DNA of 64,000 nt from Octopus vulgaris (GCA_951406725.2 OX597831.1:39556001-39620000); one strand, 5' to 3'. Numbered from the stretch's first letter, positions 15,265-30,524 are shown. Program-made: numbers and translations. Notes: generated by a model from the sequence alone, not told the origin.

Positions 15265-15719
15265 GCCCAGTAAAATACTGAGGGCAATGTAATCCACCAA
15301 ATCCCCTTCATTTAAAGATTCTTGCACTTCAACAGTTGGAGAACAAAACAAAGAAAAAAGAAGAACTTTGTGGTATTTCTTCCGACCTTTTACATGCTCA
15401 GTTCAAATCCTGGCTTACTTCCTGAATTGGAAACCAGAACTAAAAGAAGAAGAAACGAAAAACGGTTCTACATTGTAAGACATTTCACACTTACTAATTA
15501 CAAAACTTTAATGAATTTATTTCATATTTCATACATGAATAAAAAGCAAAAGCAAAAACGAACAAGAACATATTTAATCTGAAAGGAAACTTTGTCTGGA
15601 ATACATAATAAAGTCTACAAGAATGAAACGAGAGAAAAATGTTCTCTTTTCTTTATTACTCTAATTTTATTGGTCTTTGAATTCTTCGCTGAATATTTAG
15701 CGTTAGCTTTTGGAGTCAT

Positions 15720-15760
15720 ATATGTGTGTGTGTATGTGTGTATGCATATATATATACATA

Positions 15761-15848
<88 letters not shown>

Positions 15849-15886
15849 TATACATGCATACATATATATAAATATATATGTATGTG

Positions 15887-15919
<33 letters not shown>

Positions 15920-16125
15920 ATATATGCATATATATGTGTGTGTGTGTGTATAATACATACATACATATATATATATATGTGTGTATATATACATACATAT
16001 ATATATACATACATATATATATACATATATATATATATATGAATATTTATAAATATATATATACATACATACTTATGTATATGTGTATATATGTACACAT
16101 ACATATATATACATACATGCATACA

Positions 16126-16163
<38 letters not shown>
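15720..16163. repeat. (TA)/(TG) compound microsatellite
   Basis: Direct reading. Confidence 0.95.
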
Positions 16164-16167
<4 letters not shown>

Positions 16168-16817
16168 CTGTTTTGTTTGTTTTAATTTTAATATATTATT
16201 TTATCTTCATTCTCCTCTCAGTTAAATATTATTTGATTATCTGATATCTTTGTTTTATTGTGTCTGAAGAGTTTGAAGATCTCGTTGTTGCAAACGTACA
16301 TAAGTTCATATACTACACACTCAAACATACACACACAGGCGCGTGCGCACTCGCACACGCACACACACACACACACACACACCTTAGAGCCATTCCATAG
16401 CTAGTCTTTGCGAAGCGTGTGCGCACTCGGGAGTGTGTCTATGTGTATATATACATGATACATCACATACAAATATATAGACACACGTATGTACATATAT
16501 GCATACATATTTATATATACATACATACATATATAAATATATATATATACATATATATATATACGTATACATATATACATACATATAATACATATATACG
16601 ACAGGCTTCTTTCATGTATATGTGTGTGTGTAGGGGTGTATAATACATACATATATATATATATATATATGTATGTATATATATGTATATATATTAGTAT
16701 GTATATATATATGTATATATATGTATATATATGTATGTATATGTATGTGTATGTGTGTGTTTGTATGTATATAAAAACACATTCACATATACACTTAGGT
16801 TTTTTGTAAGTTAGATA

Positions 16818-17920
16818 CTTATTCTATCGGTCGTTTTTGCCGAACTGCTACGTCACGGGGACGTAAACAAACTGACACCGATTGTAAAGCAGAGATGTGG
16901 GTGACACGTACAGACATGAAGACACACACGCGCGCGCATGATGAGCTTCCACACAGTTTCTATCTACCAAATTGAGTCTCAAGACATCGGTCATCCATGG
17001 GTTATAGACACTTAAGGCACCATGCGGTGGGACCGAACCCGAAATCGCTTGGCTGCAAAGGGAGATTCTTAACCACACAGCCATACTTATTTTCATACTT
17101 TTTTGGTGCTTAGCCCAGGTCAGTCCAGATCATGCAGTCCCATGATTATAGGCGCTCCAGCTGTGACCATTCTAATTATTTTCTACATGCAAAGAACCCA
17201 GGGTCACAATATCTAACGTTTCCGTTTTTAATGTTCTAAGATATCATTTGAGGGAATTATAGCTGCTATTTCTGGCGGTGGTGCATGTTGACCTACAACT
17301 CAGAAACTTCGTCGTTGGCGCGTTTGGGATGTGATTGTGAATCCATTTGTGTATTTGTGTGTATGGTGTCCGTCGTCTACGTGTATCAGTCATTAGACCG
17401 CGGCCATGCTGGGGCACGGTTATGGGGAATTTTTAACTCGAATGAATCGAAACCAATGTGATTATTCTTCTAAGCCTGGTATCTATTCTATCGGTGTCTT
17501 TTGCCGAACCACTAGGTTACGGGGAGGCAAGCACACTGATACCTATTTCTTTATTACCCACAAGGGGCTAAACGCAGAGGGGACAAACAAGGACAGACAT
17601 AGGTATTAAGTCGATTACATCGACCCCAGTGCGTAACTGGTACTTAATTTATCGACCCCGAAAGGATGAAAGGCAAAGTCAACTTCGGCGGAATTTGAAC
17701 TCAGAACGTAACGCAGACGAAATACCGCTAACCATTTCACCCGGCGTGCTAACGTTTCTGCGAGCACACCGATACCGGTTGTCAAGCGGTGGAAGTGGAG
17801 ACAAACACAGACAGGGTTCGGTCCGACTGTGTGGCCCCTTTGAGCAAGAATCTTCTGCTAAAGCCTCAGAGGACGACCAAAGCCTTGTGAGTGGACTTGG
17901 TAGGCGGGAAAAAACCCGTC
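16818..17920. mobile_element. Cluster of SINE family C fragments with a nested family A copy (17544-17762, minus)
   Basis: Family C motifs; duplication GCACAC(T/C)GATACC around the family A insertion. Confidence 0.8.
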
Positions 17921-18043
17921 GTAGCCGAAATTGCGAGGATGATCCGGTTCTTGACTGAAGATTAAAGGCTTCGAATGACCCGTCCGTGTTTTTTGTATCG
18001 TCTATTTGGATGTTTTGCGTTCTTGTCCCAATTGTATATATAT

Positions 18044-18408
18044 ATAAGGATAAGATCGTTGTTTAAATACCGATCTTATCAGGTGGCCAACATGGGAATA
18101 AAAGCCTTCAAAGGTAATAATTATTATCTAAGAGATACCATCACGCTGGAAATAGCAGCCAAAATTTGAATCTAAAACAACATTAAATGTTCATAGGGCA
18201 CCAGGAGAAAAGACAAAGAGACAAAATAAACTAGCAAAAAAAAAATTACTGGATAATTCCAGATCCCGGATTTCTGACTCTGCATAAGAAATGGTGTGCC
18301 TTCATCAGTGGAATATACTCAGATAGCACATAAATACAGATATATTTATATACAACATACAAATACTTACATATACGAACGGTATTTAAATAACGATCTT
18401 ACCCTTAT
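18044..18408. mobile_element. Element with ~29-bp inverted termini carrying a hammerhead-like motif (Penelope-like repeat)
   Basis: TAAGATCGTTGTTTAAATACCG near 18051 vs CGGTATTTAAATAACGATCTTA near 18380. Confidence 0.5.
18256..18314 (-). ncRNA. Degenerate minimal type-I hammerhead ribozyme motif
   Basis: ATTCCA-CTGATGA-...-GAAA-TCCGGGA-TC-TGGAAT; stem II pairs weakly. Confidence 0.5.
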
Positions 18409-19247
18409 TTATATAAATTTATATATTTATTTCTTCATTATATTCACTGAGGTGGTATTTTGATCATATCGCACTATATATATAAAAATATAAAATTATA
18501 TATATATATGTGTGTGTGTATGTGTGTGTGTGGTCGTGGTGATGATGTCGACGACGATGGTGGTGGTGGTGGTGTTGGTGGTGGTGGTAGTAGTGGTAGA
18601 GGTGATGATGATGATGATGTGGAGGAGGATGTTGATTATGATGATGATGATGACGACGACGATGGTGACGATGATGATGACAATGATGATGTTCTTGGTG
18701 ATGACGACGACGATGATGATGTCAACGATGACGACGATGATGATGGTTAATGGGGACGAGAAGTAGGTATGAGGGAGCAGGAGGAGGAGGAGGAGGAGGA
18801 GGAGGGGGGAACGTGTGAGGCAGCGAAAAAATGGAGAGACAAAAGCCCCAGTTTTTGTGAAAACAGATCTTATTGTTGAATGCGAAGTAAAAGTACGCGT
18901 GCAATATTCTCAGAGTAGATTAGTTTAATAAATTATGCAAGTTTTTACTTATCGCAAACCGGTTTTGATTGAGGATTCTTGCGGATTGTTTTCGTGCTGA
19001 AGAAAATTAATTAAGCAAGATGCAGTTACGAATAAATAATCTTATTTATATTGATGTTTGAAATAGGAAGAAAAGAATTGTTCCCCCCGTTCCATTTTCA
19101 TTTCCGAACGACACCAAATAAGAATTCGTTTCGAAGCCATCTTCCATTCAAGATATTAACCCTTTCTATTCGAACCCGCCTGAAACGGTTCCTGATTCTG
19201 TCACATAAAATATTTTCATTCAAAAAGAAAAAAAGATCATATTCATA

Positions 19248-20034
<787 letters not shown>

Positions 20035-20475
20035 TATTTCTTTATTGCTCACAAGGGGCTAAACATAGAGGGGACAAACAAGGACAGACAAAGTGACTAA
20101 GTCGATTACATCGACCCCAGTGCATAACTGGTACTTAATTTATCGACCCTGAAAGGATAAAGGGCAAAGGGGACCTCGGCAGAATTTGAACTCAGAACGT
20201 TAAAGACAGACGAAATACCGGTACGGTAAAGATTCTACCAAGCTCGCCGTCTTATATATACGTCTATAACACGCCGGGCGAAATGCTTAGCAGTATTTCG
20301 TCTGCCGTTACGTTCTGAGTTCAAATTCCGCCGAGGTCGACTTTGCCTCTCATCCTTTCGGGGTCGATAAATTAAGTACCAGTTACGCACTGGGGTCGAT
20401 GGAATCGACTTAATCGCTTTGTCAGTCCTTGTTTGTCCCCTCTGTGTTTAGCCCCTTGTGGGTAGTAAGGAAATA
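20035..20475. mobile_element. Head-to-head inverted pair of SINE family A
   Basis: Minus copy 20035-20250 and plus copy 20268-20475. Confidence 0.88.
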
Positions 20476-21130
20476 TATATACATCTATAACTGTTTGCAG
20501 AAATTTCTTAATGTTAACAATAAATCAAATGTATTTCTTAGCTGCTAGGACTAAACGACATAAATTTCTTTTTCAAGAGAACTTAACCAGTATGAGGCCG
20601 ATGTGTCTGGAAATGTTTTGCAAGAACTTAATAAGATTAACGGTAAATAGACTGCATTTCTCAGTTGCGAAAAAGGAAACTGCGATGCCTTTGGGGAATA
20701 ATAATGAACAAAACTGGTCTAATTGGAGCAAAATATTTATGATGTACTCAAACACTAATTATGTTCTAATGTTGAGATAATACTAACATGCCAAAAGGTT
20801 TTTCGGTGATTTTCCTTAATGCGGACATTAGGTTTATGTTCCATGTTTGTTGTGTATACTTTTAAACAAAGTGAATATATTAATATTTATCATAAGCTCA
20901 AGGATAGTTTTTGAACAGTATTAAGGGTAATCGATTAAATTGACTTTAACTTGATGTATAAATCAAAATACAATTCAATTATGAAGATTGAGTCTTCATT
21001 CATATATTTTTAGTGATTCCTGAAAGGATGAAATATATGACTGGCTCCGGCGAGATTTAAACACGGAACCTCGTAACATCATCCTGCTGTTCGATATGCA
21101 TGCATACATATAAATATATAAGTGTAATGT

Positions 21131-21161
<31 letters not shown>

Positions 21162-21671
21162 CGACGACGAGGACGACGACGATGACGATGACGATGACGA
21201 TGATGATGATGATGATGTTTCAGAAAGAATCGGGTACTTGAAAAGATATGCACCAGGCTGGGCTGGATAAACCTGTGGTCACCGCCTATGGTTGATAAAT
21301 ATCAATTAGGATATTCAAGTTGTGTACACAGAGAAAACCAACTCTATGCGTATTTAGCGCCAAGGTGCTGGTCCAAAGCATACGTTACGTTGATTGTATG
21401 TTGTCGGTATACTCCAGGGTGTCCGACGTGTCTTAAAACCCTATGATGCATTATAATCAATACATATATACATACATACGTACATATATATATATACATA
21501 CATATATATGTGTATATATATATATATATATACATACATACATACATACATACATACATACATACATGCATACATATATATATATGTATATATACATATA
21601 TACATACATACATACATACATACATACATACATACATACATACATACATACATACATACATACATACATAA

Positions 21672-21701
<30 letters not shown>

Positions 21702-21705
<4 letters not shown>

Positions 21706-22053
21706 TTATATCAAATTAGAGACAAAACCACTATTATGCAAATCAAACAAAGAAAGACTTAAGCCAATACATAAAATAATTTATATAAGTTAAAATTTAA
21801 CAGCACATCTTAGACATTCTTCAGGTGGTTTCAAAACCTTCTTAGCGAGTTTTAAATTATAATATAATTTAAAACTCGCTAAGAAGGTTTTGAAACCACC
21901 TGAAGAATGTCTAAGATGTGCTGACACGAAACGATCGTAGTGGTTATTCATATGTTAAATTTTAATTTATATAAATTATTTTATGTATTGGCTTAAGTCT
22001 TTCTTTGTTTGATTTGCATAATAGTAGTTTTGTCTCTAATTTGATATAATATA
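21702..22053. repeat. Long near-perfect palindrome (~160-bp arms, centre 21862), Penelope-like inverted repeat
   Basis: ...GCGAGTTTTAAATTATA-A-TATAATTTAAAACTCGC...; the right arm carries about 30 extra nt. Confidence 0.92.
21894..21945 (+). ncRNA. Minimal type-I hammerhead ribozyme motif
   Basis: AACCAC-CTGAAGA-aTGTC..GACAc-GAAA-CGATCG-TA-GTGGTT: 6-bp stem I, complete core, palindromic helix III. Confidence 0.75.
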
Positions 22054-22151
22054 ATATTTTACTATAAAATTGGATTCAATCTTAAATCTGATTTTTCCTT
22101 GTAAATTTGGATTTATTCCCTAATATTTATTATTATTTATATATATATATT

Positions 22152-22229
<78 letters not shown>

Positions 22230-22828
22230 TATTTTTTTTAATAATATATCATTATTAAAATTAGGAAATCAATATCAAAACTCATCTGAAAGATATACAC
22301 GTGTGAAAAATAATTGTTGTATTAAAAATATATATAAATAAATAAATATAAATATGTATAAAAATATATGTAAATATATATGTAAATATGTATAGGTATA
22401 AATATATAATTATATATGACAGTTTAAAAGTTTTGAATTAATTATTTAAAGCATCTTACGATCGTTTCACAGAAGAGTTGTCCCTATAATGAAATCCTAT
22501 ATTGATAAGCATTTACAGACAAATGGTGTTTGTTTGAAAGATAAATTTAAAATTAAAAATTACTATTTTCGAGGAAAGTCTTTAAATCCATATATATATT
22601 TCCTTGGTTATCCTTCTGCAATAATCCATAATATTCATATGTAAAATCCGTTATATTATCTTGTATTCCAAATGTAGTTCATATAGTTAGTTTGGAAATG
22701 TGAAATTTGTATATACTTTAGTATGAGACTCTTGAAATTCGTATGTCATTTTGGTAATTCTTCTGTAGCAATCCATAATACTTTTGTATAAAATTGATTA
22801 TATTATCCGGTAGTCCAAATATAGTTCA

Positions 22829-22919
<91 letters not shown>

Positions 22920-22929
22920 TATAATAATC

Positions 22930-23130
22930 GTTCACCATGATTGCATGCTAGCCATTAAACCTTTTTTTATTTTCTCTCTCTGCTTATTACTGTGTTCCTT
23001 TCTCTCGAAGAGCATAGGCTCAAAATGTAAAAGACTTTCTCACTTCCCGAGCGTTAAACTAATACATCTGTTTGTTGTTTACACACCTGTCTTCGTCTTT
23101 TGTTTTGTTTTTTTCTAAATTCCAACTATA
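22930..23130 (+). mobile_element. Short interspersed repeat, probably a Penelope pLTR-like fragment; second copy at 42613-42800 (minus)
   Basis: Shared GAAGAGCATAG(G/A)CTC..AAAAGACTTT..CCCGAGCGT.AAACTAATACA. Confidence 0.6.
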
Positions 23131-23346
23131 TATATATAAATATATATATATCATACATACATACATACATACATACATACATACATTCATACATACATAC
23201 ATACATGCATACATACATACATACATACATGCATACATACATACATACATACATACATACATACATACATACATACATACATACATACATGCATACCAGT
23301 AGAAACAATGGATACGGAAGATAGAGTATACTGGACACTTTATTTA

Positions 23347-23450
23347 TCACACCGATCGTTTCGATATTTGCTGCATCGTTCCTTCACGGGTGGGAAACTA
23401 TACAATGAATTACATTGCATCCAATGGTGCAGAAGCATTTCATCAGGTGA
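23347..23450 (-). ncRNA. Degenerate hammerhead-like motif
   Basis: TCAC-CTGATGA-(long stem II)-GAAA-CGATCG-GT-GTGA; cleavage dinucleotide non-canonical. Confidence 0.4.
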
Positions 23451-23677
23451 CGCAACACACATTCTTGTTACATAAGTAGCTCATAATATCAACTAGTGCA
23501 TGTTGGTGGCAGTCGTATCTAACATACATTCATACATGTATGTATGTATGTATGTATGTATGTATGTATGTATGTATGTATGTATATGTGTGAGTGAGAG
23601 AGAGAGGGGAGGGGGAGAGAGGGGGAGAGACAGGGAGAGACAGGGAGAAAGACGGGGAGAGAGACGGAGAGAGAGAG

Positions 23678-23741
<64 letters not shown>

Positions 23742-24723
23742 TGTATGTAAATACGTGACCAAGTTGTTAGGGTGCCCGATTGCAAGATCATGGCTTCGAT
23801 TACCAGACCGCATGGTGATTAATTTTTCTTTCCACGTTCTGCTCTGTGTGATTCTGTCTGGCCAATGAGTGGCGTACTACCAGTTGATATGCCTTGATTC
23901 TTTATAAATCCTGTAGAAATTCTTGATAATTCTGTATAAATCCTGTATAGTCAAAAATATACATACATATATGCGTATAAATACATATCTACTTATATAT
24001 TTATATATAAATAATAAATACTTATGTGCATAGTATTTTGATATGAGAATAATTCTATTCATATTTACTAAATACACATACTTAAAATTAGAAATTCAAA
24101 TTCTTGAATACATGTACTTAAAATTAAAACGCAAAATAGAAAAAATTAATACGATGTGATTATTTTTTAAATTCATTCTATTTTATTTGATTTCATGTCC
24201 ACAATTAAGTCAGACATTAAGATATTGTGTTTTCTGACAGATTAAAGAAAATTATAAATTACATACCTTAATTGCAAATATGTTCTCATCGAATTATACA
24301 TTCTCTTAATTGGAAATATTATCTCGATATTTTTAAAGTATTTATTCATACGAAAATATGTAAATCAAACACATATACATACATAAACACATGTCTACAT
24401 TCATGCATACATACAAGTATACATACATACGAACGTACGTACGTATGTACATTCATACATATATGCGTACATATATACATACATACATACATACATACAT
24501 ACATACGTACGTACATACATACCTACGTACATACGTACGTACGTACATACATACATACATACATACATACGTATATACGTACATACATACATACATACAT
24601 ACATACATACATACGTACGTACATACATACGTATATTCATACATACACACATACAAACATACATACATACATACATACATACATACATACATACATACAT
24701 ACATACATACATACACACACACA

Positions 24724-25175
24724 TACAACAGACCTGATATAATGGTTTGGGATAGACAAAACAAACTGTGTACAGTTCTGAAAATTAGCTGCCCAGCGGA
24801 TGTTAACATAAAGCTGAAGATCAGTAAAAAATAGAACGCATATGCTGACCTATTGATAAACCTGCGGTTACTCTATCCAGATTACAAGTTCAGGTTTATA
24901 CCTGTAATTGTTAGGGCCCTGGGATACGTAACACATTATCTACATACCAATCTTGAGAAATTAGGCTTCTCAAAACCAGAAAAGAGAAAGCTAATCGGAA
25001 GACTACAGATCCAATCCATCACTGGAACTGTAAAAATCTGTGAAACTTTCCAGAAGTTTATCATTTAAGTATATATGTTGTTGATGCAGAAATTCCAATG
25101 AAGGATCCTTTGATCTACGTTAGAAACCGGTTCTTTCTCTATTGACAAAATATCTTGAAATAAACAAAATATTGA
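24724..25175 (+). mobile_element. 3' fragment of an RLE (R4-like) retrotransposon embedded in (TACA)n
   Basis: NRPDIMVWD..KISCPAD..FIPVIVRALG..LQIQSITGTVKI; (TACA)n on both flanks. Confidence 0.85.
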
Positions 25176-25321
25176 CATACATACATACATAAATACATAC
25201 ATACATACATACATACATTCATACATACATACATACATACATACATACATACATACATACATACATACATACATACATACATACATACATACATACATAC
25301 ATACATACATACATACATACA

Positions 25322-25352
<31 letters not shown>

Positions 25353-25359
25353 GTTGTAT

Positions 25360-25955
25360 ATATCTATCTATCCGCTCAGTCGAAGTCGACTCTCGGTTAC
25401 TCGTTGGATCAGTTTCCTCCAGTCAGTTCTATCCTGGGCCGCTTCTTTCAGATTGGCTATACCCATTCCGGTATCACACTTGATGGTGTCAATCCAGCGG
25501 GTTCTTGGTCGGCCTCTTCCTCTCTTGCCACTGACCATTCCGAGCATGATGTCCTCCAGGGATTTTCTCCGCATAATATGACCGAAATATGCCCATCTAT
25601 GCTTGGTGATCCTAGCTTCTAGCGACATTTTCGGCCTGATCTGCTCAAGAACTTCTCCATTGGTGAGCCTCGCTGTCCATGGAATCCGTAAGAATCCTCT
25701 CCAACACCAAAGCTCGAATACATTAATTTTCTTCTGGTCAGCTTTCTTTAGTGTCCAAGTCTCGCATCCATATGTTGCTATTGGGAAGACAATTGCATTC
25801 ACCAATCTGCATTTGGTAGTGAGTCTGATGTCTCTACTCTTCCAGACCCTGCTCATGCTGACCATTGCCTCTCTGCCTAGTACTATCTGCCGTCTTATTT
25901 CTGGAGTGCAGTCACCATCTCGATTTATTTTGGAGCCAAGGAAGATGAAATCATT
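25360..25955 (-). mobile_element. 5'-truncated RTE (BovB-like) LINE 3' end
   Basis: DFIFLGSKI, VFPIATYGCETWT, FELWCWR, YFGHIMRR, RGRGRPRTRW, SRLRLSG*. Confidence 0.92.
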
Positions 25956-26073
25956 GTATATATACACTTACTATTTAACAAAGTTATAGACTGATTGGCT
26001 GAAATGACGAACTATGTGCGTTTTAAAATATGATAAAGTAGCTTTGTTACGGACAAATATTAACGCATGCTCA

Positions 26074-26200
26074 GCCTTTTCGTCTATCTTTACGTTCTGA
26101 GTTCAAATTCTGCCGAGGTCGACTTCGCCTTTCATTCTTTCGGGGTCGATAAATTAAGTACCAGATGCGTACTGCGGTCGATCTAATATTGTGATGATGA

Positions 26201-26234
<34 letters not shown>

Positions 26235-26284
26235 GGTGGTGGTGGTGGTGGTGGTGGTGGTGGTGGTGGTGGTGGTGATGGTGG

Positions 26285-26320
<36 letters not shown>

Positions 26321-26342
26321 CTACGAAGATGATGATGATGAG
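26074..26342 (+). mobile_element. Partial SINE family A followed by a (GAT)/(GGT) tract
   Basis: B box and Nin-like block, then microsatellite. Confidence 0.75.
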
Positions 26343-26992
26343 GAAAAGATAGCTGAAGTTGTGCTCTAAATGGGGGTGTAGTCAAATCCTATTTTATGAA
26401 CTCAACCATGTTCTAAAATAAGTCGAAAGGTAAGCTGATATAAATCGGCACGAACTTTCCGGACAACCCAATAGTATATGTACAAATAGTGTGTGTGTGT
26501 GTCTGTGTGCGCGCGTGTGTGCGTGTTTGTGTATGTGTGTGGGTGTGGGTGCGTGCGTGCGTGTGTGTATGTGTGTGTGTGTGTGTGTTCATCTTTTACT
26601 TGTTCTAGCTATTAGAGACTGCTGCTATGCTGGGACACCACCTTGAAGAATTTTGGTCCCTCGAAACGACCCCAGTACAATAATTTTTTAAAGCTTGGTA
26701 CTTATTCCAGCGGTCACTTTTGCCGAACCGCTATTTTACGGGGACGCAAACATACCAATACCGCTGGGTGAGTGGGGACAAACATGGACATAAACACGCG
26801 CGCGCACACTCATACACACGCACATACACACTCACACACACACACACACACACACACAGATAAGATAAGAATCTCACATGGTGAATCTTTGGAATATCGC
26901 ACAAATCTTCATTGTGCCACCAGTGGATGGATTTGGGGAATCCACGTCAGCTACTCAAGCGCTTTCTCAGTGTGTATGTATATATGTATGTG

Positions 26993-27050
<58 letters not shown>

Positions 27051-27165
27051 TAGAATATGCAAGTTCAGACAAAGCAGCATGTAATAAACAAAATAAGGCA
27101 ATGCTGGGTAAGAACCAGCGACCGCGTGATTACGAAACGAATTTCTTAAACATTGCCACATGTCT

Positions 27166-27716
27166 GCATCTCATTTATGAATTGATGTGTATATGCATTG
27201 TGTGTACATACGTATAATGCACATCTGTACACACGCACGTATGCATGCATATAACACATACTCACACACGCACATTTATATGCATATATACCCACAAACA
27301 AATACATACATACATACATACATACATAATATACACATGTAGACGTCCATACTTAGGCATGTATATGAATATATAAATTTATGTGTGCGCATGTCTATGT
27401 GCATACTTATATTTGTACATACATATATATATATATATATATGCATACGTTTACGCGCATCTCATTTATGAATTGATGTGTATATGCATTGTATGTACAT
27501 ACGTATAATGCACATCTGTACACACGCACGTATGTATGCACATAACACACACACACACACGCACAATTATATGTATATATACCCACAAACAAATACATAC
27601 ATACATACATATATACATATATACATACATAATATACACATGTAGACGTCCACACTAAGGCATGTATATGAATATATATTTTTATGTGTGCGCATGTCTA
27701 TGTGCATACTTATATT

Positions 27717-27758
<42 letters not shown>

Positions 27759-27870
27759 TACGTTTACGCGCATGCCTGTCAATATGCACACATACAGAGT
27801 CACAAACACAATATATATATATATGCATACGTTTACGCGCATGTCTGTCAGTATGCACACACACACACAT
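27166..27870. repeat. ~291-bp tandem duplication of microsatellite-rich DNA plus a ~70-bp duplication
   Basis: GCATCTCATTTATGAATTGATGTG at 27166 and 27457; ATGCATACGTTTACGCGCAT occurs three times. Confidence 0.85.
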
Positions 27871-28049
27871 ACACACACACACACACACACCCCACACACA
27901 CACACACAAGTATTCCAGCCAACAGTTGTTCATGGATAACAGGAGTAAAGATGAAAGATAAAGGATAAAGGATAAAGAGGGTCCAGAATGTTTCCTTGAG
28001 CAAAGCAAGCGATAATGAAAACGAGATTTCTCAATCCATTCAAACACGT

Positions 28050-28082
<33 letters not shown>

Positions 28083-28700
28083 TCGTAGCTCTCATACGCC
28101 GCACGCCAATAAAAGCTTGTATCATTGAGATAGAGTTAGAAACATGGCGGATTGACTATGTCTTTACAGTGTGTGCGCATGCGTTCGTGTGAGCGTGCAC
28201 AGTAGGAGAGAAGAAGAGGAGAGATAGGGAAAAACTGTCGTCTGCTTCGAATCAAATGAAGCATTTCTTTAATCGCCTATACTGTTGGGTTAGTTTTCAC
28301 TTATTTGAGTGTCATTGAATTTGCGGCTGAGTAAAATCGGTCGTAATTCGGTTACTTATGATTCATCAAATTATTATATCCTTATTGGAAGCTCTTAATA
28401 AATATATAACGTGGATATTAGAAATCTACTGGTGTAAAAGGAGGGAGAAAAACTGGCGGACGGGAGGGGGGAGGTGCGTTTTCTTTAGGGAATAGAGTTA
28501 GTTAATCACGAAATTTCTTATGAATCTGATGATGCGATCGATGCATTAAACTGATCGTTAGCGACCGTACCACTCCATACACACTTCCTCACATCTATAC
28601 ATGCATATATGCGCGAACATATATATATATATATATATTTTTTTATTTTTTTTTATATATATGTATATATATATATTATATATGTGTATATATATATATT

Positions 28701-28765
<65 letters not shown>

Positions 28766-28809
28766 CATATGTATGTATATATATATATGTGTGTGTATAT
28801 ATATGTATA

Positions 28810-28863
<54 letters not shown>

Positions 28864-29459
28864 TGTATGTATGTATCATAGTCTCTCACACAGCACGTAC
28901 ATGCGCGTCTGTACTTGTAAAGATAGATATATACATACATAAATATATATGTATGTATGTATATATGTAATACGTTTGCATGTATGTGCATATATACCTC
29001 ACACACTCTGCACTATTTCACACGGCACGTACTTACGCACGTACGTGTCTGTCTGCGTATTTGCCTTTCGTCTGTATGTGCGCATGTATTTTTGTAAGTA
29101 CATATAAAGGCAGGAGTGCATATATCTGTATGTGTGGTGTATGGTACATAAATGAGTGCGTACTGTGTGTATGTATGTATGAGTGTGTGTGTGGAGAATT
29201 TATATATGGATGGACGGTTCGTTATCATTTGAGAGCGCCAATGTTAAGCAGAATCTTCCGTTTCACAATAAATTGCCGAAAATCACGGCAAAACTAAAAT
29301 TGAGCGAACATTATTAAAGAATTTAGAGACGAGGAAATAGAAGTACCTATAAATTTGGCAAACCCTTTTTCAGACAAATGAGATCATATGTTTCAGTATG
29401 TACAAGGAAAAATCTTTGTTGGAATGGTATTCTAGAGCACAGATCTTCTGGATTGTACC

Positions 29460-29688
29460 TATTTCTTTATTACCCACAAGGGGCTAACACAGAGGGGACA
29501 AACAAGGACAGACATAGGTATTAAGTCGATTACATCGACCCCAGTGCCTAACTGGTACTTAATTTATCGACCCCGAAAGGATGAAAGGCAAAGTCGACCT
29601 CGGCGGAATTTGAACTCAACGTAACGCAGACGAAATACCGCTAAGCATTTCGCCCGGCGGGCTAACGTTTCTGCCAGGTCGCCGCCTT
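29460..29688 (-). mobile_element. Full-length SINE family A with 18-bp target-site duplication
   Basis: GATCTTCTGGATTGTACC at 29442-29459 and 29689-29706. Confidence 0.95.
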
Positions 29689-29844
29689 GATCTTCTGGAT
29701 TGTACCGATTGAGCGCTGCTGCTGTTGTTGTTTCAGCATAACTTTCACATTGAGCAGACTTATAATAAAAGACGTTACAATCATGACGATCCGATCTGTC
29801 TTCTAATGTTTAGGGAACACGTGGCTACATTGTCAGTCTTTATC

Positions 29845-30176
29845 GGTTAGGACGACGAGGGTTCCAGTTGATCCGATCAACGGAACCGCCCGCTCGTGAA
29901 ATTAACATGCAAGTGGCCGAGCACTCCACAGACACGTGTACCCTTAATGTAGTTCTCGGGGAGATTCGGTGTGACACAGCGTATGACAAGGCCGGCCCTT
30001 TTGAAATACAGGTACAACAGAAACAGGAAGAAAGAGTGAGAGGAAGTTGTGGTGAAAGAGTACAGTAGGGTTCGTCACCCTCCCCCCTGCCGGAGCCTCG
30101 TGGAGCTTTAAGTGTTTTCGCTCAATAAACACTGACAACGCCCGCTTGCCTAATCACTGGGCCATTGCGCCTCCAC
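29845..30176 (-). mobile_element. SINE family B with a deletion in the tRNA head
   Basis: Reverse complement of 5043-5415. Confidence 0.88.
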
Positions 30177-30493
30177 CATACCAAATATATTAGACATGTT
30201 TACGTGAACGGAATACGTGGCCACTTGTCCCGATTCATTTTATTGGATACTATTTATTTTGAGTTCTTCATTTGAGGATGCTTTCTACTTAATAAGTAGA
30301 ATCCCTCATGAAATGCATATCTCACAGAACTGTTAGCATGTCGGACAAAACGCTTAGCGGTATTTTGTCCGCCTTTACATTCTGAGTTCAAATTCAGCCA
30401 AAGTCGAATTTACCTTTCATCCAATCTAGGTCGATAAAATAAGTACCAGTTGTATACTGGGGTCAATGTAATCGACTATCTATCTACCACAAA

Positions 30494-30494
<1 letters not shown>

Positions 30495-30524
<30 letters not shown>

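Noticed and set aside
17915-18035. CTGAAGA...GAATGACCCGTC hammerhead-like motif (related copy near 38250-38280)
   Set aside because: GAAA is altered and stem I does not pair; kept only as a repeat
22995-23040. GAAGAGCATAGGCTC hammerhead-like motif (also near 42705-42732)
   Set aside because: The CUGA core is absent in both copies
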